64,000 nt of DNA, taken from assembly GCA_035493875.1 (NCBI GenBank), contig DATJHK010000008.1, positions 3,941 through 67,940 of the forward strand, read 5' to 3'. The translations under genes were made by a program, and so were the position numbers. The notes beneath the pieces were generated by a model. That model was not told the DNA's origin. It ran no database searches and worked only from the letters and a program-made list of their open reading frames with translations. The stretch comes from Candidatus Limnocylindria bacterium. GTDB lineage: Bacteria; Vulcanimicrobiota; Vulcanimicrobiia; Vulcanimicrobiales; Vulcanimicrobiaceae. Shown here in pieces: positions 1 to 9,694 of this stretch. Position 1 is the stretch's first letter; every line of letters begins with the position of its first letter.

Positions 1-453
1 GATGATGTGAATCAACTCCATTCCGGGTCGGTTGATCCGCGTCCATTCCGCCAAGAACTCGCCCACCAGCGGATACAGATGGACTTCAGCGGGCGTCCAG
101 GGTTTGTACAGGTAATTGTCCAGCTGGCCGAGCGCGCAGCCCCGCAGGATGGTGGGCGAGGCCGCGTGGTCCCCCCAGGCCACGAGCAGGGCGCGCTTCG
201 CCGTAGGCTCGATGGAACGGACTCGCCCCAGGAATTCGGTGCCCGTCATCTCGGGCATCCACTGATCGGCGATGACCAGCGCGATTTCCTCGCCCTCCTC
301 CCTGATCTTGGAAACGGCGTCCAGGGCGGTGGGCGCGGAAAGGTGCGGCACGATGCGGTAGTCCCCGCCGAACCGCCGCGTAAGGGCGTCGAGCATCGCG
401 GCCAGCGCGGCTGGCTCGTCATCGACCGCCATGATCACCGGTCTCTCTGCCAT
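1..453 (-). CDS. Response-regulator receiver domain; N-terminal part of a fused response regulator/thioredoxin-disulfide-reductase-like protein. The 3' end runs off the window.
   Basis: Not in the ORF track because there is no stop in the window. My translation from ATG (453..451) reads MAERPVIMAVDDEPAALAAMLDALTRRFGGDYRIVPHLSAPTALDAVSKIREEGEEIALVIADQWMPEMTGTEFLGRVRSIEPTAKRALLVAWGDHAA...YLYKPWTPAEVHLYPLV. It shows the receiver hallmarks: acidic DD pair, phospho-acceptor D in IADQWMP, and K in YKPW. The frame stays open to position 1. Confidence 0.7.
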   Translation of the reverse strand, partial: MAERPVIMAVDDEPAALAAMLDALTRRFGGDYRIVPHLSAPTALDAVSKIREEGEEIALVIADQWMPEMTGTEFLGRVRSIEPTAKRALLVAWGDHAASPTILRGCALGQLDNYLYKPWTPAEVHLYPLVGEFLAEWTRINRPGMELIHII

Positions 454-887
454 GGAAGATCCCCCTTTGCGCGATCTGTGCTGGACGGCCCCGATCTCGA
501 AAAGAATGCTTTTGAGCCGGCATATTCCGTGTATCTTCCGCAACAGAACGAAAAGGTACCGGCGAGGTGGAGCTTCATGCGGCCATGTTGCCCGACGAGC
601 GACCGCGCGAAGACTACGATGCGGGCCGCCTCCCCGGCGAGATGCACGTCGACGTCACAGGAAGCGACACGGGCGCGGTGCCACTGTTACCCGGCCGACG
701 GGCGGTGCGTTGCTCCGTATCGGCTGATACGACGATCGGGCTGCGGCGCGACGCGTCGCAGGATCGAGCGCGACGTACGTGGCGCCGTCGACCAACCGAT
801 GTCACAGATCTGGCGACTGTCCGGTCTTCCGTTGCGGCGACGTAGGTTGCATCGATCGCCACCATATTCTCACCCTAGGAGAACGAC

Positions 888-1185
888 GTGACGATTGCGA
901 TCTTCGGCGCTAACGGCGCGACCGGCCGGCTTCTGGTCTCTCAGGCGCTTGATGCGGGCCACGAGGTCGTCGCAGCGACCAGAAACCCCGCTAGCTTCCC
1001 CTTCCGTCGCAGTGGGCTTCGCATCGTCGGTGCGGACGTTCATGACGCTGCACTCGTCTCAGACGCGATTGCCGGTTGCGAAGCGGTCCTTTCAACGCTC
1101 GGCGCAAGAATGTCGCCGTGACCACGACTGTGGTAAGACCCAACATGCTCAAGATGACACTCAAGGAGGCCTTTAAGAAGAGCTG
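888..1185 (+). pseudogene. Truncated NAD(P)H-binding (NmrA/atypical SDR-like) gene remnant
   Basis: AGGAG lies 6 nt before GTG 888. The N-terminus MTIAIFGANGATGRLLVSQALDAGHEVVAATR is a Rossmann GxxGxxG motif, but the ORF stops after 77 aa (TGA 1119-1121). The +1 frame then reads VTTTVVRPNMLKMTLKEAFKKS-stop (to 1185), resembling the later (W)T(I)VRP segment of this family. The expected ~130 residues in between are missing. Confidence 0.45.
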
Positions 1186-1259
1186 ATCCGGCCCCGTGGT
1201 CGTCACAGCAACGGCATCGTGCGATAGGACGATCGCTCTCGCATCGCGCAGCATGCGCC

Positions 1260-2270
1260 GTGCGCGACTACGAACGATACGACCTCGGTGATCTCAAGCT
1301 CCAGAGCGGTCAGACGCTCCACGGCGCGTCGCTTGCCTTCAAGACCTATGGCGAGCTCGACGCGGCGCGCGCGAACGTCATCGTGTTCCCCACCCACTAC
1401 CGGGGGACACACGAGGACAACGAGTGGCTGATCGGCCCCGGGAAGGCGCTCGACACGGACCGCTACTTCGTCGTGTGCCCGAATCTCTTCGGCAACGGAC
1501 TCTCCTCGTCGCCGAGCAACACCTCCGGTGCGCAGGGACGCGGCGGGTTTCCGAACGTGACGGTGTACGACAACGTGGCGGCTCAGCACCGTCTCTTGCG
1601 CGAACGGTTCGACGTCACGAGGATCGTGCTCGCGGTCGGGTTCTCGATGGGCGCGCAGCAGGCGTACCATTGGGCCGTGCGCTATCCCGAGTTGGTCGAG
1701 CGCATCGTGCCGTTCTGCGGGTCCGCACGGACGGCAGCCCACAACGTCGTGTTTCTCGACGGCGTCAAGGCGGCGTTGACCGCCGATCCCGTGTTCGCAG
1801 GCGGCTGGTACGAGACGCCGCCGACGATCGGGCTGCATGCCGCCGGCCAGGTGTGGGCGGGATGGGGACGTTCACAGACGTTCTATCGCGAGGAGCGCTG
1901 GCGTGAGCAGGGTTACGCTTCGCGCGAGGAGTTCGTGCGCGAAGCGTACCTCGAGTCGTTCGCCGCAGCCGACGCCAACGATCTGTTGGCGATGCTCTGG
2001 ACCTGGCAGCACGCCGACGTCAGCGACGATCCGCGGTTCGGCGGCGATCTCGCGCGCGCCCTCGGCAGCGTCACCGCCCGCGCGCTCGTGATGCCGAGCG
2101 CCACCGATCTCTACTTTCCGCCCGAAGACAGCGTGCTCGAGGTCCGTCATCTGCCGCAGGCCGAGCTGTGCCAGATCCCGTCGGTCTGGGGACACGGCGC
2201 CGGCGGCAACGCCAACGCCGTCGATGCGGCGTTCATCGATCGCCAGATCGCGCGCTGGCTCGCGACGTAA
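1260..2270 (+). CDS. Homoserine O-acetyltransferase-like alpha/beta hydrolase (MetX family-like)
   Basis: 336-aa ORF. The N-terminal pattern L.SG..L....LAFKTYGELDAARANVIVFPTHY and the nucleophile elbow GFSMGAQQAY are typical of the MetX-like family. Amino-acid composition is normal. Confidence 0.75.
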   Translation: MRDYERYDLGDLKLQSGQTLHGASLAFKTYGELDAARANVIVFPTHYRGTHEDNEWLIGPGKALDTDRYFVVCPNLFGNGLSSSPSNTSGAQGRGGFPNVTVYDNVAAQHRLLRERFDVTRIVLAVGFSMGAQQAYHWAVRYPELVERIVPFCGSARTAAHNVVFLDGVKAALTADPVFAGGWYETPPTIGLHAAGQVWAGWGRSQTFYREERWREQGYASREEFVREAYLESFAAADANDLLAMLWTWQHADVSDDPRFGGDLARALGSVTARALVMPSATDLYFPPEDSVLEVRHLPQAELCQIPSVWGHGAGGNANAVDAAFIDRQIARWLAT

Positions 2271-2292
2271 CGCGTCGCGTCGCGGAGCGCGC

Positions 2293-3783
2293 TCAGGGGA
2301 GCGTCGTCGCGCCCGAGAGGTGCAGATACGGGCCGCCTTCCTTGGCGTTCGGCTCGCCGCCGACGAATCGCAGCACGTGCCGCGCCGCGCGCGGCCAGCG
2401 CCAGGCGAACAGGACGGTACCCGGCTGCGCACCGGTCAGCGTCTTCCCTTGCCAGATCCCGGTCCGGTCCGTCATCGCGCGCCCGTCGAGCAGCACGTGC
2501 GCGTGACCGCCCTCGCACATCGGATCGCCACGGTAGGCCGGGATGCAGCGCTCGCCGAGCGTCCCGACGAGCGCGATGCCGGAGCCGACGAACGCGAACG
2601 CGCCTGACGGCGGGACGCGCACGTCGACCTCGCGTCGCGCCGCCGTGGGCCACGGGTCGTCGCGCTCGGGTCCGTCGCCCGGCGCGAACGACGCCGCCGC
2701 AACCAGCAGCGCAAAACCGCCCGCGGTCTGAAACGCGGTAACCGTCGCGCCGTCGCCGGGCGGCGGTCCGTCGAAGAAGCGCGCGTACGAACCGTCCGCC
2801 CGGCGCGCGTGCGCCGCGGCGGCGGCGTTTCGCAGGATCCACGCGCGCGCGAACGCATCGCCGCGCCGCGCCAGCTCGACCATCGCGAACACGAGTGGCG
2901 CGGCGACGTCGTTTTCGGCTTGCAGGTCGGCGAAGACGCCGCGATCGTCGTCGAGCGCGCGCACGGCGCGCGCCGTCGCGCGCGCCTCGCGCACGTAGCG
3001 CGGGTCGCCGCTCGCGTCGGCCAGCGCGAGCGCGGCCGAGATCATCACGCCGTTGACCGACGCGAAGAACCGCCGCGGCACGATCGTGCACGCTCCTCCC
3101 GTGTCGAAGGCGTAGACGGTGTAGAGGCCGACGCGCGGGTCGCGAAAGCGCGCGCGGATCAGCGCATAGCGGTACCGGGCGTCGGCGAGATACGCACGGC
3201 GTGCGCGCGGATCGCCTGCGCGAGCGGCCAGGAGCGCCGCGGCGAGGACGCGGTTCGCGTCCGACTCGAGCGTCTTGAGCCCGCCTCCGGCCCGCGGCCC
3301 TGCGTCGCGCTGCGGGTACTGGTAGTCGATCCCGGCGCACGCGCCGCGCGTGAAGCTCGGCTCGTTCGCAACGTACGCATAGTCGTCTTCGGCCAGCTGT
3401 AGCGCGCCCGGATCGCGCGTCACGTCGTACGCGCGCACCGCGCTCACGGCATCCCACAGCGGGACGTCGCTGAGCATCCCGCGGTCGTGCAGGTGGTCCG
3501 GCGCCAGCGCGAGCAGCGCGTGGACCCACGGAACCAAGGCTGCGTCGCGCGTGAGCAGCCAGCGCTCGTCGAGTACGCCGGTCAAGCTGTCGGCACCCCA
3601 GTCGCTCGCGCTCGCACCGCAGCGCGGCGCGGCGCAGCCGCGCCATCCGCCCCCCGGCACGTACCAAGCACGGCGCAGCGTTGCGACGGCGTCGTCGCCG
3701 AGCCGCGCGAACGTCGCCGGCGGCGCCGATCCCGGCGCCGCCGCCAGCACGATGAGGACGAGCACGACGGCTAGTATGCGCAT
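2293..3783 (-). CDS. Secreted glycoside-hydrolase-like protein (alpha/alpha-toroid, GH76-like) with a C-terminal beta-rich domain
   Basis: The track ORF is 2293..3981. I trim it to ATG 3783 because MRILAVVLVLIVLAAAPGSAPP is a signal peptide, and the longer start would overlap the divergent regulator. The GH76-like assignment is from a loose pattern only (GGLKTLESDANRVLAAALL, repeated Y/W-rich helices). Confidence 0.5.
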   Translation of the reverse strand: MRILAVVLVLIVLAAAPGSAPPATFARLGDDAVATLRRAWYVPGGGWRGCAAPRCGASASDWGADSLTGVLDERWLLTRDAALVPWVHALLALAPDHLHDRGMLSDVPLWDAVSAVRAYDVTRDPGALQLAEDDYAYVANEPSFTRGACAGIDYQYPQRDAGPRAGGGLKTLESDANRVLAAALLAARAGDPRARRAYLADARYRYALIRARFRDPRVGLYTVYAFDTGGACTIVPRRFFASVNGVMISAALALADASGDPRYVREARATARAVRALDDDRGVFADLQAENDVAAPLVFAMVELARRGDAFARAWILRNAAAAAHARRADGSYARFFDGPPPGDGATVTAFQTAGGFALLVAAASFAPGDGPERDDPWPTAARREVDVRVPPSGAFAFVGSGIALVGTLGERCIPAYRGDPMCEGGHAHVLLDGRAMTDRTGIWQGKTLTGAQPGTVLFAWRWPRAARHVLRFVGGEPNAKEGGPYLHLSGATTLP

Positions 3784-3880
3784 CCGTCGGAGAACGTTCG
3801 CGTTCGCGGCCGCTCCTGCTGCGTTTTCCCGTAGCCGCGGTCGAAGGGGTGGGCGGAATAGATGACACATTCTGTCAGCT

Positions 3881-4888
3881 ATGCGGTCCGACCGCCTCGT
3901 CTCGCTCATGCTGCTGCTCCAGGCGCGCAACCCGCGCAGCGCGCGCGAGCTCGCGGGTTTGCTCGAAGTCTCGATGCGCACGATCTACCGCGACGTCGAC
4001 GCGCTCTCGGCAGCGGGGGTCCCCGTCTACGCCGAGCGCGGGAGCGCCGGCGGGATCGCGCTCGCCGACGGCTATCGCCAGGCGATCGCGCAGTTCAGCA
4101 CCGACGAGCTGCACGCGCTCTTCGTCGCCGCGGCCGATCCGCTCGCGGACCTCGGGGTCAGCGGCCACACGCGCGCGCTGCACAAGCTCGCGGGCGCGCT
4201 CCCCGAGCTGCAGCGCCGCGCGGCGCAGGACGTGCGGGACCGCGTGCTGCTGGACCACAACAAATGGTATCGTGCGCAGCAGCCGACGCCGCTGCTCGCC
4301 GTGCTGCGCCGCGCCGTCTGGGACGATCGCCGCCTGCGGATGCGCTACCGCGATCGCGCCGGAACGCAGACGGAGCGCGTCGTCGAGCCGTTGGGCCTGG
4401 TGTCGAAGGCCGGCGTGTGGTACTTGGTCGCGCGCGAGCCCGGCGGCGAGCTGCGGACGTTCCGCGCCGAGCGGATCGCGGCGGCCGACGAACTCGCCGA
4501 GCACTTCACGCGCCCAGCGGACTTCGATCTCGAGCGGCACTGGAGATCCTCGACGAGCGCCGTCGAGCGCCCCCTCACGACGTACGAGGCGACCCTGCGC
4601 GTGCGCGCCGACGCCGTGCCGTCCCTGACCGCCGCCTGGGACACCGAGCTGATCGCCGAGGACGCGGAGACGGCGACGTTCCGCGTGCGCTTCCCGGGCC
4701 GCGAGGCGGCGATCCATCAGATCGTCGCGCTCGGCGAGCGCGCGCGCCTGGTCGAGCCGGAGGAGCTTTGCGAGGCCGCGATCGCGCACGCCCGGGCGTT
4801 CCTGCGCACCCACGCGCCGAACGACGACGAGGTAGTCGCGAGCGCCGAAGACAAGCTGAGCGTCCATGTCCGTACGCACCCTCGATGA
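3881..4888 (+). CDS. YafY-family transcriptional regulator (N-terminal HTH + WYL domain)
   Basis: [61 protein letters not shown] is the classic DeoR-like HTH_11 start of YafY/WYL regulators. WYLVA ([22 protein letters not shown]) marks the WYL domain. Confidence 0.8.
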   Translation: MRSDRLVSLMLLLQARNPRSARELAGLLEVSMRTIYRDVDALSAAGVPVYAERGSAGGIALADGYRQAIAQFSTDELHALFVAAADPLADLGVSGHTRALHKLAGALPELQRRAAQDVRDRVLLDHNKWYRAQQPTPLLAVLRRAVWDDRRLRMRYRDRAGTQTERVVEPLGLVSKAGVWYLVAREPGGELRTFRAERIAAADELAEHFTRPADFDLERHWRSSTSAVERPLTTYEATLRVRADAVPSLTAAWDTELIAEDAETATFRVRFPGREAAIHQIVALGERARLVEPEELCEAAIAHARAFLRTHAPNDDEVVASAEDKLSVHVRTHPR

Positions 4889-5825
4889 CGCCGTCCGGCA
4901 CGACTGGACGGTCGACGAGCTGTTCGCGATCTCCGAGCTTCCGCTGCTCGATCTGGTGTATCGCGCGGCCGGCGTGCACCGCGCGCACCACGATCCGCAC
5001 GACGTGCAGCGCGCGACGCTGCTGAGCATCAAGACCGGCGGCTGCCCCGAGGACTGCGCGTACTGCCCGCAGGCGGCACGGTACAGGACCGGCGTGCGGG
5101 CCCACGCGCTGCTCGACGTCGAGACCGTGCTGAGCGCCGCGCGCACCGCGCGCGACGGCGGCGCCGACCGCTTCTGCATGGGCGCCGCGTGGCGGAACGT
5201 GCGCGACGGCGCGGAGTTCGACGCGGTCGTCGAGATGGTGCGCGGCGTGCGCGCGCTCGGAATGGAGGCCTGCGTCACGCTGGGGATGCTCGAGCCGCAC
5301 CAGGCTCGCCGCCTCGCGGAGGCCGGACTGACCGCGTACAACCACAACCTCGACAGCGGCCCCGACTTCTACCCCGACATCATCTCGACGCGCACGTACG
5401 AGGACCGGCTGCGGACGCTCGACGCGGTCGAAGCGGCGGGGATCGGCGTCTGCTGCGGCGGGATCGTCGGGATGGGCGAGTCGCGGCGCGACCGCGTCGC
5501 GATGCTGGTGACGCTCGCCAACCGCGACCCGCAGCCGTCGAGCGTCCCGATCAACGCGCTGGTCTCGGTCGACGGAACGCCGCTGGGCGGCCGCGGCACC
5601 GTCGACGGCTTCGAGGTGGTGCGCGCGGTCGCAACCGCGCGGATCGCGATGCCGCACGCACGCGTGCGTCTCTCCGCGGGCCGCCGCGAGCTGGGCGCGG
5701 GGATGCAGGCGCTCGCGTTCCTCGCCGGGGCGAACTCGATCTTCACCGGCGAGAAGCTGCTCACGACCCCGAACGCCGAGCGCGACGACGACGACGCGCT
5801 CTTCGCCGCCCTCGGCCTGCCATAG
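4866..5825 (+). CDS. bioB: Biotin synthase
   Basis: It has the radical-SAM CxxxCxxC motif in [16 protein letters not shown], followed by MGAAWR, YNHNLD and [10 protein letters not shown], all BioB signatures. It overlaps the upstream regulator by 23 nt. Confidence 0.9.
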   Translation: MSVRTLDDAVRHDWTVDELFAISELPLLDLVYRAAGVHRAHHDPHDVQRATLLSIKTGGCPEDCAYCPQAARYRTGVRAHALLDVETVLSAARTARDGGADRFCMGAAWRNVRDGAEFDAVVEMVRGVRALGMEACVTLGMLEPHQARRLAEAGLTAYNHNLDSGPDFYPDIISTRTYEDRLRTLDAVEAAGIGVCCGGIVGMGESRRDRVAMLVTLANRDPQPSSVPINALVSVDGTPLGGRGTVDGFEVVRAVATARIAMPHARVRLSAGRRELGAGMQALAFLAGANSIFTGEKLLTTPNAERDDDDALFAALGLP

Positions 5826-5902
5826 CGAAGCACGAGAACTCGCCGGAACCGCTGCGCCACCCGGCGTTCCTGCGGTTCTGGCTCGGGCGCGTCGCGACGT
5901 CG

Positions 5903-7081
5903 ATGGCGTTCCAGATGCTCGCGGTCGCAGTCGGCTGGCAGGTCTTCGGCCTCACCCACAGCGCCTTCGCGCTCGGCTTCATCGGCCTGGCGCAATTCCT
6001 CCCGATGGTGCTGCTGATGCTCGCCGTCGGGCACGTCGCGGACCGCTACGACCGCCGCGCCGTCGCGGCGATCTGCGAGGTGATCGAAGCGCTCGCGACG
6101 GCCGCGCTCGCGGCGGGGACGATCCTGGGCTGGACGAGCACGGCGCTGATCTTCACCGCCGTCGTCGTGGTCGGCGCGGCACGCGCGTTCGAGGCACCGA
6201 GCCTGCAGGCGCTCGTGCCGACGCTCGTGCCGGCGCCGCTGATCCCAGCCGCCGCGGCGCGCTCGTCGTCGGCGAACCAGACCGCGGTCATCATCGGCCC
6301 CGCGCTGGGCGGCCTGCTCTACGCCGCGCAACCGCCGTCGGTGTACGTCGTCGCGACGGCGCTCTTCGCCGCCGCCGGCGTGCTGATGAGCACGATTCGG
6401 ATGGAGCGGCGCGCCGCCGATCGCGAGCCGCCCTCACTGCGCTCGATCTTCGCCGGGGTCGCGTTCATCCGCGCGCGGCCGATCATCCTCGGCGCGATCT
6501 CACTCGATCTCTTTGCCGTCCTGCTCGGCGGAGCGACCGCGCTGCTCCCGATCTACGCGCGCGACATCCTCGCGACCGGGCCATGGGGCCTGGGCCTGCT
6601 TCGCGCGGCGCCGGCGGTCGGCGCGCTGACGACCTCGCTGCTGGTCGGCCATCGCGCGCTGCACCGGCGCGTCGGGCGCACGATGTTCGCGGCGGTCATC
6701 GTCTTCGGTCTGGCGACGATCGCGTTCGGGATCTCGCACTGGTTCGTCGTCTCGCTCTGTGCGCTCGTCGTGCTCGGCGCGGCCGACGTGATGAGCGTCG
6801 TGATCCGCCAGTCTCTCGTGCAAATCCGCACCCCGGACGCGATGCGCGGCCGCGTCAGCGCGGTGAACTCGCTCTTCATCGGCACGTCGAACCAACTCGG
6901 CGAGTTCGAGTCGGGGGTGACGGCGGGATGGTTCGGCGCGGTCCCCGCCGTGCTGCTCGGCGGGATCGGCACGATCGTCGTCGCGCTACTCTGGATGCGG
7001 CTCTTTCCGCAGCTCGCCGCCGTCGACCGGCTCGACGCCCTACCGGCATCGAAGCAGGACCGCCATGCAGCAAAACGATGA
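5903..7081 (+). CDS. MFS transporter (start uncertain; probably further upstream)
   Basis: Multiple TM helices (FQMLAVAVGWQVFGLT..., LAQFLPMVLLMLAVGHVADRYDRR with the MFS D-R-x-x-R-R motif). The first in-frame ATG is 5903. TM1-like sequence (PAFLRFWLGRVATS) extends upstream, where only CTG 5852 or ATA 5822 are available. The first ~200 aa of track ORF 5189..7081 are an off-frame shadow of bioB. Confidence 0.7.
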   Translation: MAFQMLAVAVGWQVFGLTHSAFALGFIGLAQFLPMVLLMLAVGHVADRYDRRAVAAICEVIEALATAALAAGTILGWTSTALIFTAVVVVGAARAFEAPSLQALVPTLVPAPLIPAAAARSSSANQTAVIIGPALGGLLYAAQPPSVYVVATALFAAAGVLMSTIRMERRAADREPPSLRSIFAGVAFIRARPIILGAISLDLFAVLLGGATALLPIYARDILATGPWGLGLLRAAPAVGALTTSLLVGHRALHRRVGRTMFAAVIVFGLATIAFGISHWFVVSLCALVVLGAADVMSVVIRQSLVQIRTPDAMRGRVSAVNSLFIGTSNQLGEFESGVTAGWFGAVPAVLLGGIGTIVVALLWMRLFPQLAAVDRLDALPASKQDRHAAKR

Positions 7082-7128
7082 AGCGATAGCCATAGGCTTC
7101 CACAAGCTGCATACCGTACGCCCGCTCC

Positions 7129-7947
7129 ATGAGCACGATCAACCGCAAGGATTTCGTTGCGGCGATCGGCACGCTCGGCGCAGGCGCGGCATTAGCCGGG
7201 CCCGCTGAGCCCGTCGAGGCCGCGGTCACCGCTCCACACCATCCCGCTCCCGCGCACGCGAAGGCAAAGCCGAAGACGTACGCGCCGCTGGAGACGATCG
7301 GTGAGGGCTATCTTTTCTTCACGGCGCCGGAGAGCGCGTTCGTGGAAGCGGCCGTCGCGCGCCTGATCCCCGCCGACGAGCTCGGGCCGGGTGCGAAGGA
7401 AGCCGGCGTCGCCTATTACATCGACCAGCAGCTCAACGGAGCGTTCGGCGCCGCCGCGCATACGTACATGCAGGGCCCGTACGCCGAAGGGCTGCCGACG
7501 CAAGGCTACCAGCTCGCGCTCACGCCGGCCGACGTCTACCGCATCGGGATCGCCGAATGCGACGCGGCGTGTGCGAAGCAATACGGCAAAGCGTTCGCGC
7601 AGCTCGACGCCGCGCACCAGGACGAGGTGCTCGGCGCGCTGGACCACGGCACGCTCGCGTTCGACGCGTTTGCGTCGACCGCGTTCTTCGAGCTGCTGTT
7701 GCAGAACACGGTGGAGGGCTTCTTCGCCGACCCGATCTACGGCGGCAACCGCGACAAGATCGGCTGGAAGCTGATCGGCTTCCCCGGCGTCGCCGCGGCG
7801 TATCTCTCCACGATCACGCAGTACAACAAGCCGTACACCGCCGAGCCGGTCTCACTGCTCGACCTGCAGCGGAACACGGCGATGCTCTCACCCGAGCACC
7901 GCTTGATGGCGGCGATGATGCGGCGCGACCGCGGGACGGAGATGTAG
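7129..7947 (+). CDS. Gluconate 2-dehydrogenase subunit 3-like (gamma) protein, Tat-type signal
   Basis: MSTINRKDFVAAIGTLGAGAALAG is a Tat-like signal with an R-K variant of the twin-arginine motif. The C-terminal FFADPIYGGNRDKIGWKLIGFPG is the signature of the small subunit of membrane-bound GMC dehydrogenases. Confidence 0.8.
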   Translation: MSTINRKDFVAAIGTLGAGAALAGPAEPVEAAVTAPHHPAPAHAKAKPKTYAPLETIGEGYLFFTAPESAFVEAAVARLIPADELGPGAKEAGVAYYIDQQLNGAFGAAAHTYMQGPYAEGLPTQGYQLALTPADVYRIGIAECDAACAKQYGKAFAQLDAAHQDEVLGALDHGTLAFDAFASTAFFELLLQNTVEGFFADPIYGGNRDKIGWKLIGFPGVAAAYLSTITQYNKPYTAEPVSLLDLQRNTAMLSPEHRLMAAMMRRDRGTEM

Positions 7948-7948
7948 C

Positions 7949-9694
7949 ATGGCAGCAAAACAGATGCCCGAGGTCGAGTACGTGCTCGTCGGCTTCGGCT
8001 GGACGGCGGGGATCCTCGCCAACGAGCTGACGAAGGCCGGACACAGCGTCGTCGCGCTCGAGCGCGGGCAGTTCCGCGACACGAACCCCGATTTCACCGT
8101 CCCCGCGATGCACGACGAGCTGGCGTACGCGGTGCGCCAGAAGCTCTTCCAGGATCCCGCGCGCGAGACGGTCACGCTGCGCAACAACGTGCGCCAAGAC
8201 GCGCTTCCGGTGCGCAACTTCATCGCCTTCATCCCCGGCAACGGCGTCGGCGGCGCGGGGACGCATTGGAACGGCGCCACGTGGCGCTTCCTCGAGACCG
8301 ACTTCCAGCAGCGCTCGCACAATCTCACGCGCTACGGCGCCGCCCAGATCGGCGAGGACTGCACCTCGGCGGACTGGGGCCTGACCTACGCGGACCTCGA
8401 GCCGTACTACGAGCGGTTCGAGTACCTGTGCGGAACGGCCGGAAAAGCCGGCAATCTCAACGGCACGAAGGTCGCGGGAGGAAATGTCTTCGAAGGCCCG
8501 CGCAAACGCGAATACCCCAACCCTCCGACGAAGACGTCGTACGCCGGATCGCTCTTCCGCGACGCCGCGCTGAACGCGGGCTACCATCCGTTCCAAATGC
8601 CCGCCTCGAACTCGACCTCGCTCTACAAGAACATCGAGGGCGTGCAGATGGGCGAGTGCGTCTACTGCGGCTACTGCGAGCGCTTCGGCTGCGAGATGGG
8701 CGCGAAGGCTTCGCTGCAGTCGACGCTCTGGCCGGTGCTCAAGAACCGCGCCGGATTCGAGCTGCGCACCAATGCGCACGTCCTGCGCGTCGAGCTGGAC
8801 TCGACCAAGAAGAAGGCCACCGGGGTCACGTACCTGGATCCGAGCGGTCGCGAGGTGTTCCAGCCCGCGGCGAACGTGATCCTGTGCGCGTTCGCGCTCA
8901 ACAACGTGCGGCTGATGCTGCTCTCGGGGATCGGGACGCCGTACGATCCGGCGACGGGGAAGGGTCAGATCGGGCGCAACTACGCCTATCAGGCACTCAC
9001 CGGCGGCACGCTCTTCTTCGACGACAAGGTCTTCAACACGTTCATGGGCTCGGGCGCGCTCGGGACGAACATCGACGATTTCAACGGCGACAACTTCGAC
9101 CACGCCGGCTTGGACTACATCGGCGGCGGTACGCTCTCGGTCGGCACGTACGGTGCGCGGCCGATCCAGTTCCACCCGACCCCGAAAGGGACGCCGCGGT
9201 GGGGCGGCAAGTGGAAGGCTGCCGTCGCGAAGTATTACAACCGCGCGTTCTCGATCGGGACGCAGGGCGGTGTGCAAGCGTACCGAGGCAACTACCTCGA
9301 TCTGGACCCGACGTACCGCGACATCCACGGCCAGCCGCTCTTGCGGATGACGTTCGACTTCGGGAAGCACGAGCGCAAGCACTCGCAGTTCGTCTCGCAA
9401 AAAATTGCCGCGCTGGCCAAAGCGCTCAATGCAAAAGATGTCACGCTGAGCACGCTCTCGCATTTCACCGTCGGGGTATATCAGACTACCCACACGACGG
9501 GCGGAACGATTCTGGGCAAGGACCCGGGGACCAGTGCGGTCGATACCTATGGGCGCAGTTGGGACGTTCCGAACGTCTTCGTGACGGGCGCGAACCTGTT
9601 TCCGCAAAATGCGGGTTACAACCCGACTGGGACCGTCGGCGCCTTGACCTACCGTCTCGCCGACGCCCTCGTCAACAAAAAGGTAACGGTGTGA
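7949..9694 (+). CDS. GMC-family FAD flavoprotein dehydrogenase (alpha subunit, gluconate 2-dehydrogenase-like)
   Basis: 581 aa. The N-terminal FAD fold is EYVLVGFGWTAGILANELTKAGHSVVALERG, and the C-terminal TTHTTGGTILG is the GMC active-site region. It starts 1 nt after the gamma-subunit stop. Confidence 0.85.
   Translation: MAAKQMPEVEYVLVGFGWTAGILANELTKAGHSVVALERGQFRDTNPDFTVPAMHDELAYAVRQKLFQDPARETVTLRNNVRQDALPVRNFIAFIPGNGVGGAGTHWNGATWRFLETDFQQRSHNLTRYGAAQIGEDCTSADWGLTYADLEPYYERFEYLCGTAGKAGNLNGTKVAGGNVFEGPRKREYPNPPTKTSYAGSLFRDAALNAGYHPFQMPASNSTSLYKNIEGVQMGECVYCGYCERFGCEMGAKASLQSTLWPVLKNRAGFELRTNAHVLRVELDSTKKKATGVTYLDPSGREVFQPAANVILCAFALNNVRLMLLSGIGTPYDPATGKGQIGRNYAYQALTGGTLFFDDKVFNTFMGSGALGTNIDDFNGDNFDHAGLDYIGGGTLSVGTYGARPIQFHPTPKGTPRWGGKWKAAVAKYYNRAFSIGTQGGVQAYRGNYLDLDPTYRDIHGQPLLRMTFDFGKHERKHSQFVSQKIAALAKALNAKDVTLSTLSHFTVGVYQTTHTTGGTILGKDPGTSAVDTYGRSWDVPNVFVTGANLFPQNAGYNPTGTVGALTYRLADALVNKKVTV

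Noticed and set aside
614-865. 83-aa and other short ORFs in the 435-bp spacer between the response regulator and the NAD-binding remnant
   Set aside because: They are Arg-rich, have no SD or motifs, and mutually overlap on both strands. I treat this as a non-coding promoter region or decayed sequence.
991-1254. 87-aa minus-strand ORF divergent from the MetX-like gene, with a hydrophobic stretch (LFLKASLSVILSMLGLTTVVV)
   Set aside because: Its second half is antisense to the NAD-binding remnant and turns Arg-rich. It has no SD. The hydrophobic stretch coincides with the low-GC scar. The evidence is insufficient.
2147-3868. 573-aa minus-strand ORF, extremely Arg/Ala-rich (runs such as RRRRRR)
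   Set aside because: It is an off-frame shadow of the credible 2293..3783 gene. The composition is typical of a wrong frame in ~70% GC DNA, and I recognise no motifs.
8266-9690. N-terminal 475 aa of track ORF 8266..10011
   Set aside because: It is an off-frame overlap of the GMC flavoprotein gene. Only the last 107 codons (signal peptide + CxxCH) are credible, starting at GTG 9691.
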